A stretch of DNA of 64,000 nucleotides from an uncultured Bacteroidales bacterium. Its GTDB lineage: Bacteria > Bacteroidota > Bacteroidia > Bacteroidales > BM520. The stretch is taken from contig CAZQNY010000001.1 in NCBI GenBank assembly GCA_964594665.1, forward strand, positions 77,030 to 141,029, given 5' to 3'. The first letter of the stretch is position 1. Every line of letters begins with the position of its first letter. The notes under the pieces are model-generated. The model was not told the DNA's origin, did no database searches, and saw only the letters and a program-made list of their open reading frames with translations. Below are positions 1 through 8,880 of the stretch, piece by piece. Made by a program: the position numbers and the translations under genes.

Positions 1-2379
1 TGATATTTCATTCTTCTGCAGGGATATCTCTTTAGTCCTTTTCTTAACAATAGCCTCCAGGTTATCCTTTTCCCGTTGTAATTGCCTGGCACGCCATTTC
101 ACAAATAAATATACCAGAAATATTCCGGCCACCACAAGAGCAATATAAAATGCAAGCGTATTATACCACTCCGGTATTATACGAAATGAAATCATTGCTT
201 CATCACTGATAACCCCGCTGCTGTCCTTCGACTTAACGTGAAATGTATATTGTCCTTTGGGTAAATTACTATATGTTGTAAAAACCTGTGATGTGAAAGC
301 TGTCGGGTATTCATCTCTCCCTTCTAAAAAAGTGGAATACAAAACATCTTGCTCCCGGGTGAACAGGGGAGTGGAATAATAAATCTTCACATCACTCTGA
401 TGCGCCCGTAATTCATACGGATTATGGTCAGGTGACAGATTTCCGCCATTAAAAATCAAACTGTCATTGGATAAAATGCATTTTCGTATATAACATTTCT
501 GTCGATTACCCTCATTCACCGTTTCGGAGGTGTGAATAATAATTTCATTACCTCCCCCTAAAAAGGTTATCCCTGATTCAGCATAAACTGTCTTGATAAT
601 TTTGTTTTCTATAGGTACAAAACGATTCGGATACCCTTTCCATATGGAATCATGACGAACAATATACTGTGCATGTGTTTGATCACCTGCCACTATCCAG
701 ATTGTATCAGGGGTGCTGTTGTAAATACTGCTGATCCAGAAGTCTGAAAGCCATGCACTATCCGATTGTACTGATAATTGATAAAGCTGAAAGCTATTGC
801 TCTCAATATCATATTTATAAACCCCCTGAGGTGTGCTTATATAATACTTTCCTTCGAAAATAAATGCCTTTATCCCGGCAGTGTTTGGTATCCCTGACGG
901 GTTAGATATTGGTGTCAGAGTGTTATTATCCAAAATTTTAAAAATGCTGATATTATCAGATGTACTTTTCGTAATAACAATATTCGAAATACCGCATATT
1001 ATGTCTGCTATTTCTTCATTATCAGAATATTGCAGCTCTATAGCGGATAATTTATTATTTATAATGGAATAAGTTAACAATCCGTTTTCCGTTCCAAGGA
1101 GTAAAACCTTGTCACCGTATATTGCCACTGATAATGAAAAATACCCATTCTCCTTGATTATATTCCCTTGTTCAATATTTAATAAACCAGTAGATGTTGC
1201 AACATACAGATGTCCCCCGTGTTCCACCATGTCCCAACAGGCCATATTTATATCTTTAACAGGAATAAAAGACTTCAGAATGGTATCAAAGCGAAATAAG
1301 CCCTGATAGGTAGCAGCATAATATTCGCCCTGATATTTGGTGATTTTATTTACAATACCTTCAAGCCCTGAACCTTCTGCAAGATACCTGAACGGAGATG
1401 AAATATTTACCGAACAAATACCATTGTCAAGCACGCACCACAAAAGGCCTTTATCTTCAATGATCTTAACCACACCATTGTCGCCTAATCCTTTTTGTCG
1501 GGTTAATTTGTTGGTAATAACACCCTTATTTAAATCAATAAACAGCAAACCGTTTCGAAGAGTACCAAGAACAAGCTCTCCTGATGATGTAATAAGACCA
1601 TCTGAAATAACATATCTTTTCAACTGATCGTTTAATGTTTTGGCAAGAGGTCTGCATTTTCCGCCTTTATCAAACAGCCAAAGCCCCTGACGCGATGTGC
1701 CCAAAATGTATCCATCACGATAAACATTAAAAAACGAATATGTCGTTGCAGCAGGAAGGAGGTCTGTTGGAATAATCCGGTCCGTTTTGCCATTCTCAAG
1801 AACAAATAAGCCTTCCTGATTTATGGAAAGATAAATGTTGCCATTCGCAAGGAAAGCTTTGCTGATAGTGCCTTCAATAATGAATTTATCAGTCAGCTCT
1901 CTGTTTTCTATAGTAAAAACAGTATTCTTTGTTATATAGTAAGTCTTATCTCCGGATACAAAAATCTGTATCACTTCATTATTAGCCTCTGAGTTGTCAG
2001 AAAACAGATTCAGGGATTGGTATTCAGCCCCAAATTCATTCCGGATAATAATGCCTGCTTCTCCGATTCCTCCCACAAAAACGCCCTGGTCATGCGCATA
2101 GGCAATTGCAGTTGCCCTCATGCCCGCATCTGTTTCATACAACTGCCAGGAATTACCATCATATTCGATCGGGCCGGCGAAGTTTGCAAGATAAAGAAAA
2201 TCCCTGTCGTCAAAGCAAAGATCAAAGTTCTGATTATGCGCATGGTAGTCGGCAGGGCCATAATAGGATATGAAAGGTGTTCCGGCAAGGAAAACATCCT
2301 TTGCGTTCTGCCCTGATACAGTTTTCAGACTCAAAAGCCCGAATATCAAAATGACCCATAAAATCTCTTTTTTTGTCAT
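1..2379 (-). CDS. Membrane sensor protein whose C-terminus lies beyond the window edge: signal peptide, two-component-regulator-type beta-propeller repeats, Y_Y_Y-like domain, single TM, coiled coil
   Basis: My own minus-strand translation from the ATG at 2379-2377 gives MTKKEILWVILIFGLLSLKTVSGQNAKDVFLAGTPF... The frame stays open to base 1, so it is absent from the ORF track. The last readable residues are ...IPEWYNTLAFYIALVVAGIFLVYLFVKWRARQLQREKDNLEAIVKKRTKEISLQKNEIS, a TM followed by a coiled coil, as in Bacteroidota propeller/Y_Y_Y sensors. The output domain is off-window. There is an ATGA start/stop overlap with the upstream ORF. Confidence 0.7.
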   Translation of the reverse strand, partial: MTKKEILWVILIFGLLSLKTVSGQNAKDVFLAGTPFISYYGPADYHAHNQNFDLCFDDRDFLYLANFAGPIEYDGNSWQLYETDAGMRATAIAYAHDQGVFVGGIGEAGIIIRNEFGAEYQSLNLFSDNSEANNEVIQIFVSGDKTYYITKNTVFTIENRELTDKFIIEGTISKAFLANGNIYLSINQEGLFVLENGKTDRIIPTDLLPAATTYSFFNVYRDGYILGTSRQGLWLFDKGGKCRPLAKTLNDQLKRYVISDGLITSSGELVLGTLRNGLLFIDLNKGVITNKLTRQKGLGDNGVVKIIEDKGLLWCVLDNGICSVNISSPFRYLAEGSGLEGIVNKITKYQGEYYAATYQGLFRFDTILKSFIPVKDINMACWDMVEHGGHLYVATSTGLLNIEQGNIIKENGYFSLSVAIYGDKVLLLGTENGLLTYSIINNKLSAIELQYSDNEEIADIICGISNIVITKSTSDNISIFKILDNNTLTPISNPSGIPNTAGIKAFIFEGKYYISTPQGVYKYDIESNSFQLYQLSVQSDSAWLSDFWISSIYNSTPDTIWIVAGDQTHAQYIVRHDSIWKGYPNRFVPIENKIIKTVYAESGITFLGGGNEIIIHTSETVNEGNRQKCYIRKCILSNDSLIFNGGNLSPDHNPYELRAHQSDVKIYYSTPLFTREQDVLYSTFLEGRDEYPTAFTSQVFTTYSNLPKGQYTFHVKSKDSSGVISDEAMISFRIIPEWYNTLAFYIALVVAGIFLVYLFVKWRARQLQREKDNLEAIVKKRTKEISLQKNEIS

Positions 2380-5300
2380 GGGGTCTCCGGTTTAAAATAA
2401 AACGAATTTATTGCTTCCATCACCACCGGCCTGTTTGTAGCAAAATTATCAAAAACCGTGGTGTTAAAAATAATAAGCTTAGTTACTGATGGGAATTTAA
2501 AGATCAATGATTCCTCGGCGTTACGCACTGTACTCATGAAAAATCCATTGGGGGCAACATCCAAATAACCGGTACTTGTTACTTTTCCGGATATAACAAA
2601 CCCGTATGCTCTTTTCGAATTTATTGTTGTTGAATCGCCTTCTGAATAACCCTTTCTTACAGATGTTTCAAGTAACTCTTCCATTGCAAAAACAGGAATC
2701 AGGGAAGAATGAAAAGCCGTTGAAACTATCCGAAAGGCATCAAGAAGTAATATTGAGTCCTGAGCATTGATCCGGGAATCAATCTTGTCCTGCCATGCTT
2801 TCGGTAATAGTTCCCTTTTGTGTTTAAATACTTCAGGGTAATATTTGTACAACTGCAGGGTTGCATATTCTGCAACAACGTTTTCAGGATGAAGAAAATT
2901 ACTGATTAACAAGTTTTTATATGAATCGCCCGGGGGATACACAGCCAGTGCTTCGGCCCGTGTATATCCTGACACGGTTTTACCACGTGCATTTATCAAT
3001 TGTTCCATAGCTTCTGTGGCTGATTGCCTCTGATAAAAATAGGGCTCCATATTAGGAGTGAATCTTTTACCAAAGCAATAATTGTCAATTAATGGCATTA
3101 AGAATTCTATGTCGCTTTTGGTGAATATTAAATTCATCATTTCAACAACATACATTTTTGATGCTGAATTACTGTCTTCAATAATATTTGCAATAACAGC
3201 AACAGTGTTTTTATCATAAATTGTGCTTAATAATGCAAAAATGAAATGCATCCGCGAATTGATATCTGTCTTAAGCGTATGTGATAAGTGTATATTCTCA
3301 TCAGAAATTGATTCCATTTCATTTTCAACAGCCATTAAAAAGAATAGGTTTCTGCACTCTGATTCAAACTCCGCATGAAATGATTCCCGGGCACTATTGC
3401 TAATGATTAAGTTGCTTCCGGAAATAATTTCCATCAGCGCTTCTTTTCCATAATAACGACAACTAAAAAACAGTTTTTCAATCAATTCACTTTGCTCATT
3501 CGTGAAATTATGATTTCCGGATAATGCAATTCTGATGGCACCAGGGAGCCTGTCGTTGTGTTGCTTGGCAAGAATACTTTTCAATAAGGAGGTGATGCCT
3601 GAATCTCCATACTGTTTGATAGCGTGTAAACTAAAATTCCTCAGATCCGTCGAAAAAACATTCTGTAAAATTCCCGGAAGAAGCGGAAGCCTGCCAGTTT
3701 TTCCGGCTGCCAGAATACATTCCATTTTTATCTCCTGATCGTCAGACTTCAACAAGTCATTTAAAGCACTATAAGCATTATAATCAAACACCTCCACAAG
3801 TAAAGCAACAGACTGAAGCAGGTCGTTTTTATCTGTTTGTGGTATACGTTTGCGATTATTAAACATCGCGACAACATCTTTATCTGCGGTACCATTGTTT
3901 TTATTGTGGATAAAATCCAAATACGCAATTTTCAGAGGAACCTGCAAACCCGCAGAAATAGCTCCCTGACAAAAGTCCTTATGCTGTGATTCAGGGAGTT
4001 TCACCACGATGGCTGAAAATGAATATGGATTGGTATTGATAATTAAAGCGCCCATATGAAAGAGTATCCTGTCATTATTCGCCTTTATATATGGATTCTT
4101 TGAAAGTACCTTTTCTTCATTCTTGTGTGATTGGGAAAAAAGCTTGTCTTTTACTTTTAATGTGTATTGATGAAAGGTCTTCCGGGAAAGAAAAAACCAG
4201 CCTGTAACAGTTAAAATAAAGAACAGAGTAAGGTGTATAGATGACAGATTTTTGACAGAGGTAAAAAGAATAATAATTAACGCACTGAATATCACTGCAA
4301 ATGTTTTGGAATATCCTTCAATAATGGCCTGTGCCGAGGGCCGCACGTTTTTATCAAGTGGTTGATAAAGAATCTGATATGCCGGGTCATTGATACCGGA
4401 ACGAAGAACCCGTTCAAGGAGTTTTACCAATGCGATAAGTGAGAAAAACAAGCTTCCTGTACCGGAAACTATTCCTACTACTGCCGCCATGGAAAGAACG
4501 ATTAAAAATACAACTGAACTCACTGACAAACTGAATATTAACCCGTAGCGATTCATCATCTTTCCGGATAGCAATGCTTTTGTGATCAGTTCCACCACTG
4601 CACTAAATCCAAAAAATACTCCAAAAAAACCAGCTAATACATCCGCATCATGGAATTTTGCTTTTGATAAATCAAGGAAGATAAAATCAGCAAGATACAT
4701 GACGATAACAGGAACAAAAGCCAGTATAAACATGTATTTAAAATACGTTGTCCTGATAATTTTTTTTGATGAAGATTCGGAACGTTCCCCCTGTTTACGT
4801 TCCTGACCGGAGTTTTCAATTTTGAAGGTCAGAAAGAGACAGAAAAACATACTTGCCGCTGCAATAAACAGTAAATCCTGTGTTTGTAGCACTTTAATAA
4901 GTAAAGGTATAGAGAAGAAACCTATCATACTCGAGATTACTTCTCCGGAAGTAATGAGACCAAACAGACGCTTGCCCTGGTCGAGAGTGAAGGCTCTGTT
5001 CGCCATTGTCCAGAAACCTATTATCGTGATAAATGCAACTACCCTGTACCATACATAGTTCACAAAAATCAACCATCGCGGGGCATTGATATCTACTACC
5101 AATCCCAGCAGAACCATCGAAAGTATTAATAAACTGTTAGAGGTAAGAATGGTATTTCGTACCGAGGTTTTTTTTAACAGCGACTGAAAAAGCAGACTTA
5201 CAGGAATCCCAATACCACCCATGGCCAGATACGCATAGGGTATAATGCTGCTGGGAAAGATTGCAACCAACAAGGCGCTGGAAGAGGTGTAGAACATTGC

Positions 5301-5411
5301 ATTGGTTGTTCCGACAAAAAAAGAATACAACAATAGTAACATCACTGTTTTTCTCTCAGTGGAGGAAACGCCAAATGGCTTCAACAAGAGGTTACTATCT
5401 TTTAAAATCAT
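2376..5411 (-). CDS. TLC/Npt-family (ATP:ADP antiporter-like) nucleotide-transporter membrane domain fused to HEAT repeats and a degenerate cNMP-binding-like C-terminal domain
   Basis: 1011-aa ORF. The first ~430 aa contain about 12 hydrophobic helices with TLC-type signatures (FWTMANRAFTLDQGKRLFGLITSGEVISSMIG; PAYQILYQPLDKNVRPSAQAIIEG). The middle has HEAT/PBS-lyase-like repeats (LLKSDDQEIKMECILAAGKTGRLPLLPGILQNV). The last ~120 aa look like a cNMP-binding beta-barrel (VFAMEELLETSVRKGYSEGDSTTINSKRAYGFVISGKV), but I cannot see the FGE / R[ST]A phosphate-binding cassette. Confidence 0.65.
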   Translation of the reverse strand: MILKDSNLLLKPFGVSSTERKTVMLLLLYSFFVGTTNAMFYTSSSALLVAIFPSSIIPYAYLAMGGIGIPVSLLFQSLLKKTSVRNTILTSNSLLILSMVLLGLVVDINAPRWLIFVNYVWYRVVAFITIIGFWTMANRAFTLDQGKRLFGLITSGEVISSMIGFFSIPLLIKVLQTQDLLFIAAASMFFCLFLTFKIENSGQERKQGERSESSSKKIIRTTYFKYMFILAFVPVIVMYLADFIFLDLSKAKFHDADVLAGFFGVFFGFSAVVELITKALLSGKMMNRYGLIFSLSVSSVVFLIVLSMAAVVGIVSGTGSLFFSLIALVKLLERVLRSGINDPAYQILYQPLDKNVRPSAQAIIEGYSKTFAVIFSALIIILFTSVKNLSSIHLTLFFILTVTGWFFLSRKTFHQYTLKVKDKLFSQSHKNEEKVLSKNPYIKANNDRILFHMGALIINTNPYSFSAIVVKLPESQHKDFCQGAISAGLQVPLKIAYLDFIHNKNNGTADKDVVAMFNNRKRIPQTDKNDLLQSVALLVEVFDYNAYSALNDLLKSDDQEIKMECILAAGKTGRLPLLPGILQNVFSTDLRNFSLHAIKQYGDSGITSLLKSILAKQHNDRLPGAIRIALSGNHNFTNEQSELIEKLFFSCRYYGKEALMEIISGSNLIISNSARESFHAEFESECRNLFFLMAVENEMESISDENIHLSHTLKTDINSRMHFIFALLSTIYDKNTVAVIANIIEDSNSASKMYVVEMMNLIFTKSDIEFLMPLIDNYCFGKRFTPNMEPYFYQRQSATEAMEQLINARGKTVSGYTRAEALAVYPPGDSYKNLLISNFLHPENVVAEYATLQLYKYYPEVFKHKRELLPKAWQDKIDSRINAQDSILLLDAFRIVSTAFHSSLIPVFAMEELLETSVRKGYSEGDSTTINSKRAYGFVISGKVTSTGYLDVAPNGFFMSTVRNAEESLIFKFPSVTKLIIFNTTVFDNFATNRPVVMEAINSFYFKPETP

Positions 5412-5412
5412 A

Positions 5413-6237
5413 CTATTTCTCTATCAACTGATCGTATGGAATTGCAAGGAATGAATGATCGTAATGTCCCTCTTTACGACGTAAATAGGCTGCAATACGA
5501 AAGTCCTCTTCTATGTACATTTTCTGAATTGTGTCCAGATCATTATAGCTTACAATCTGATAATGAACGTTTTGTTTATGCGTTTTAATAAACTCAGCAA
5601 CTTTGACTTTATCCAATCTGTTTAAAATAAACCCCCTGGGAGAGAGTACCATAAATTCATCAAAGCTTGGTTCCCAGTTTTTGTATTGATGGAAGGTTTC
5701 AAAAAACCATCCCATATTATTGAGTTGATTATTAATGCTTGGGAAATTTGAATGACCGATAAGCCCCCTCTGCGTTTTCGAGCCTGTCTCCATGGAAATG
5801 AGCGCAGAAAATGTTAACAATATAAGGGCAAGTCCTTTACCACGAATGTTTTTATGTAAGGCAAAGCGTGTCCCTAAGGCAACATTGCCCCTTGTGCTGT
5901 ATTGTACATGAAATATCGTTCCCATGATATGTCCTTTTTTATCACAAATCAACATACCGTGGCCATAGGTTATACATTTATACAATTCAAAAAAAGTAAC
6001 ATTTGTTGGCATCCCCGATTCTTCATAGCAATCAGCAATCAAAGGGATAAGTTCCTCTATATCACTAAAATCAGCGAGTTTAAAGTGAAGTTCGTGTCTG
6101 GAAAGTTCTTCAATACATTTTTTCTTATAAACAGCCAAAAACTCTGAATCGGTGTATTCCAGTACTTTTCGCTCCTCAACTGTCAAGGTCTTGCATAAAT
6201 ATTCCGGTTTTCTGTATTTCGATAGATCAATAATCAT
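5413..6237 (-). CDS. GNAT-family N-acetyltransferase with a C-terminal extension of about 90 aa
   Basis: 274-aa ORF with ATG at 6237. It has a GNAT motif-A-like HKNIRGKGLALILLTFSAL preceded by GHIMGTIFHVQYS. There is a 1-nt gap to the downstream ORF and a 6-nt gap to the upstream ORF. Confidence 0.6.
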   Translation of the reverse strand: MIIDLSKYRKPEYLCKTLTVEERKVLEYTDSEFLAVYKKKCIEELSRHELHFKLADFSDIEELIPLIADCYEESGMPTNVTFFELYKCITYGHGMLICDKKGHIMGTIFHVQYSTRGNVALGTRFALHKNIRGKGLALILLTFSALISMETGSKTQRGLIGHSNFPSINNQLNNMGWFFETFHQYKNWEPSFDEFMVLSPRGFILNRLDKVKVAEFIKTHKQNVHYQIVSYNDLDTIQKMYIEEDFRIAAYLRRKEGHYDHSFLAIPYDQLIEK

Positions 6238-6243
6238 AAACAG

Positions 6244-8880
6244 CTATTTAAAATTGTATAGTACACGGATTAAAAAATTACGCTTCAGCTGCGGCGTGCG
6301 ATATGCATAAAAGACTCCATCTGCTGAGCGGACTCCGGGGTCAGCATATTCCGTATTTAAAATGTTATTACACCGCAGTTGGATATCGAGGCCATTAACA
6401 GGACTTACCCATGTCGCAGTTGCATTTAACAGAGCTACGGCAGGAAATTCACCCGGATTTGCTACTACAGAAGTGCCTTCTCCTACAGGCCTTTCTCCAA
6501 TAAAATTAACACGTGTATTTATATTTAACTGATCGAAAAGCACCACATTAACACCAAAATTTGCATGATGGGAGGCTATGTCGCCAATTCGCTGATATTC
6601 TCCGGTCAAAACACCGTCCTCCAGTTTATTATTTAAAGGATGACAATAGGTGTAATTGGCATAAACATTTGCATGTTCAAATTGGTAACGGATATTCGCC
6701 TGAATACCACTAATTTGCAACTCGCCAATGGCCTGGTGTTGCTGTGTTAAGCCTCCTTCATAAGGAACAAGAGCCGTTCCGACAACTCCATCATATTCAG
6801 AACGATAAACTTGCAAGTCAGCATAAAATGCTTTTGAAGGATGATATGCAGCACTTAATTCAAGGTTTTTAACTTCCTCCGGCAATAAAGTCGGGTTATT
6901 CAGCTGCCGAATATCTGAAGTGGAATATTTTGTCCAGTTGCTTGCATTTTGAAAGGCTTCAGAATATATGGCCTTAAAAACAAATTTGCCGGGCATGGCA
7001 ACAACTGCGACTCTCGGGTTAAACTGAAAACCATAACCACCGGTGACCCTGATTCTATTGTAATCATATCGTCCACCAAAGGTAAAGAGAACCTTGTCCC
7101 AGGCTTTATAGGTTGCCTGTGCATATATCCCAATGTCATTAACAGTAAAATAATTTCCTCCCGGAGAAGCGCTCTCAGCAGATATTCCCGACTCAACAAT
7201 ACTGGTGGTGTATTCAGATAGATCGCCAAGAAATAATGACTGGTAGTTTCCCTGCAAAACAGTATTCCTGTATTCCAAACCCGCAACCATATTAAACACA
7301 TCCGATGAATATGTCACTTTCAACTCATTACGAAACTGACGGTTGATCACGTAATCGAGACGGGTAGTCCAATATGGTGAAACTGAATCTGCAAGCGAAG
7401 ATGACGATAACCCTCCGTTGGCATAATTCGTTAACCAAATATACGACGATCCGTCAGAAACTTTTGTGATTCGGTATTGAGCAAGATTTGACAAACTGAC
7501 ATGATCTGTAATATCTTTATTGTATTGAGTATAAAAGAAATACTGCTCCGGAATCCAAAATAACTGATTATCAGCACCACATTGCAGATTATCAGTAAAA
7601 TAATTTGTGCTCCCGTTTTTAGCTTTCCACCATTGCATCCCGGCACTAAAATCTCCAATACTAAGTTTTGTATAGGAATAATAGTTATCTATCAAATTTG
7701 AGTAATGTACCGGCGAACCATTTACTGTTTCATTAATCGATGCCTGATCGTATTCCCTTGCTGTCTGTGCTCCAAGTTCAGTAAGTCTTGCTGCAACTGT
7801 ATCACCGGCAGTATTTGTTTCAATATGAAAATACGGGTTATCTGATCCTATATTATTCTCTTTAACAAAATCACCAGCATTGTTGGTTACCGATAATAAA
7901 GAATAGTAATCAACAGCATTATAATCGTCCGGGCTGAAATTGTATTCATCAAAAGAGGATAAATCCCTGTCGGTAGAAGTATATTTTCGAAAAGATGTAG
8001 AGATTGTCAGTTTTTTAAACCTTCCGGCAACAGTAATATCGGTAAACCATGTATTTGCCGAACCAATACCAGCATCTGCTGACACAGCAACAGGGGAGTT
8101 GATTTCAAGGTAATCTCCGGGATCTTTGGTAATAATATTGATAACCCCTGCAAGCGCATTGGCTCCATACATTGTCGAGGCGGGACCATAAATAATCTCT
8201 ATCCGTTTAACCATACTTACCGGATACTGAACACCCCAATACGCAATATTCGACCATAAATCGTTTTCCTCAACGCCATCAACCAAAAACAAGGTCCGGT
8301 CCGTATTACGGCTTCTGTAACCACGTTGATAAATATTACTGTATGTTGCGCCCCTGGTTCTGCTAACATCAAAGCCGGGTAAATCTGAAAAAACAGCATC
8401 CAGATCCGTATACCCTCTGGTTTTTATCTCTTCTGCTGTTACAACAATCACTGTGGCAGGAGTTTCGTTGGAATTCTCAGCCTTCTTGGAAACAGAAACA
8501 ACCTGCTGGGAATAACCTAATTTCTTCAGAATATCAATCATCGTGATAAAACGGGGAGGGTCAAAGTAATTGGCTTCAAAGTTTGGTTTTAACTGAATGA
8601 TACGATCAGCAGTGTTATATGCCTTTTCTATCGAATCTGTGGCAAGGTAACAAAGCGTCATTATTCTGTATGCTTCTATCTTCTCATTATATGAAAAACC
8701 ATCAGCCATGCAATTGTTTATAATATCAGTGGCTTCAAGAAATAATCCAAGATTATATTTCTTCTGTGCTTCATTAAGCGTAAACGAACCACACTGCTGC
8801 CCTGTTGCAGCTTCCCAACATAGCACAAACAGCAAAATTGCCAATACCGATTTTAAATAGATATATTTATTGTTTTTCAT
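6244..8880 (-). CDS. TonB-dependent outer-membrane receptor with a TPR-like N-terminal extension
   Basis: 878-aa ORF. Signal peptide MKNNKYIYLKSVLAILLFVLCWEAATGQ. TonB box and plug (ETPATVIVVTAEEIKTRGYTDLDAVFSDLPGF; RIEIIYGPASTMYGANALAGVINIITK). Long beta-barrel ending LIRVLYNFK. About 100 helical TPR-like residues sit between the signal peptide and the TonB box. Confidence 0.85.
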   Translation of the reverse strand: MKNNKYIYLKSVLAILLFVLCWEAATGQQCGSFTLNEAQKKYNLGLFLEATDIINNCMADGFSYNEKIEAYRIMTLCYLATDSIEKAYNTADRIIQLKPNFEANYFDPPRFITMIDILKKLGYSQQVVSVSKKAENSNETPATVIVVTAEEIKTRGYTDLDAVFSDLPGFDVSRTRGATYSNIYQRGYRSRNTDRTLFLVDGVEENDLWSNIAYWGVQYPVSMVKRIEIIYGPASTMYGANALAGVINIITKDPGDYLEINSPVAVSADAGIGSANTWFTDITVAGRFKKLTISTSFRKYTSTDRDLSSFDEYNFSPDDYNAVDYYSLLSVTNNAGDFVKENNIGSDNPYFHIETNTAGDTVAARLTELGAQTAREYDQASINETVNGSPVHYSNLIDNYYSYTKLSIGDFSAGMQWWKAKNGSTNYFTDNLQCGADNQLFWIPEQYFFYTQYNKDITDHVSLSNLAQYRITKVSDGSSYIWLTNYANGGLSSSSLADSVSPYWTTRLDYVINRQFRNELKVTYSSDVFNMVAGLEYRNTVLQGNYQSLFLGDLSEYTTSIVESGISAESASPGGNYFTVNDIGIYAQATYKAWDKVLFTFGGRYDYNRIRVTGGYGFQFNPRVAVVAMPGKFVFKAIYSEAFQNASNWTKYSTSDIRQLNNPTLLPEEVKNLELSAAYHPSKAFYADLQVYRSEYDGVVGTALVPYEGGLTQQHQAIGELQISGIQANIRYQFEHANVYANYTYCHPLNNKLEDGVLTGEYQRIGDIASHHANFGVNVVLFDQLNINTRVNFIGERPVGEGTSVVANPGEFPAVALLNATATWVSPVNGLDIQLRCNNILNTEYADPGVRSADGVFYAYRTPQLKRNFLIRVLYNFK

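Noticed and set aside
2376-2800. cNMP-binding-like domain as evidence for a CBASS/Pycsar-type cyclic-nucleotide defence system
   Set aside because: There is no nucleotide cyclase (CD-NTase, pyrimidine cyclase or GGDEF) anywhere in the window, and the domain appears to lack the phosphate-binding cassette. I kept it only as a domain observation.
6900-7301. 133-aa minus-strand ORF and 90-aa plus-strand ORF within the TonB receptor gene
   Set aside because: They are out-of-frame or antisense overlaps with a continuous 878-aa receptor ORF, with no independent signals.
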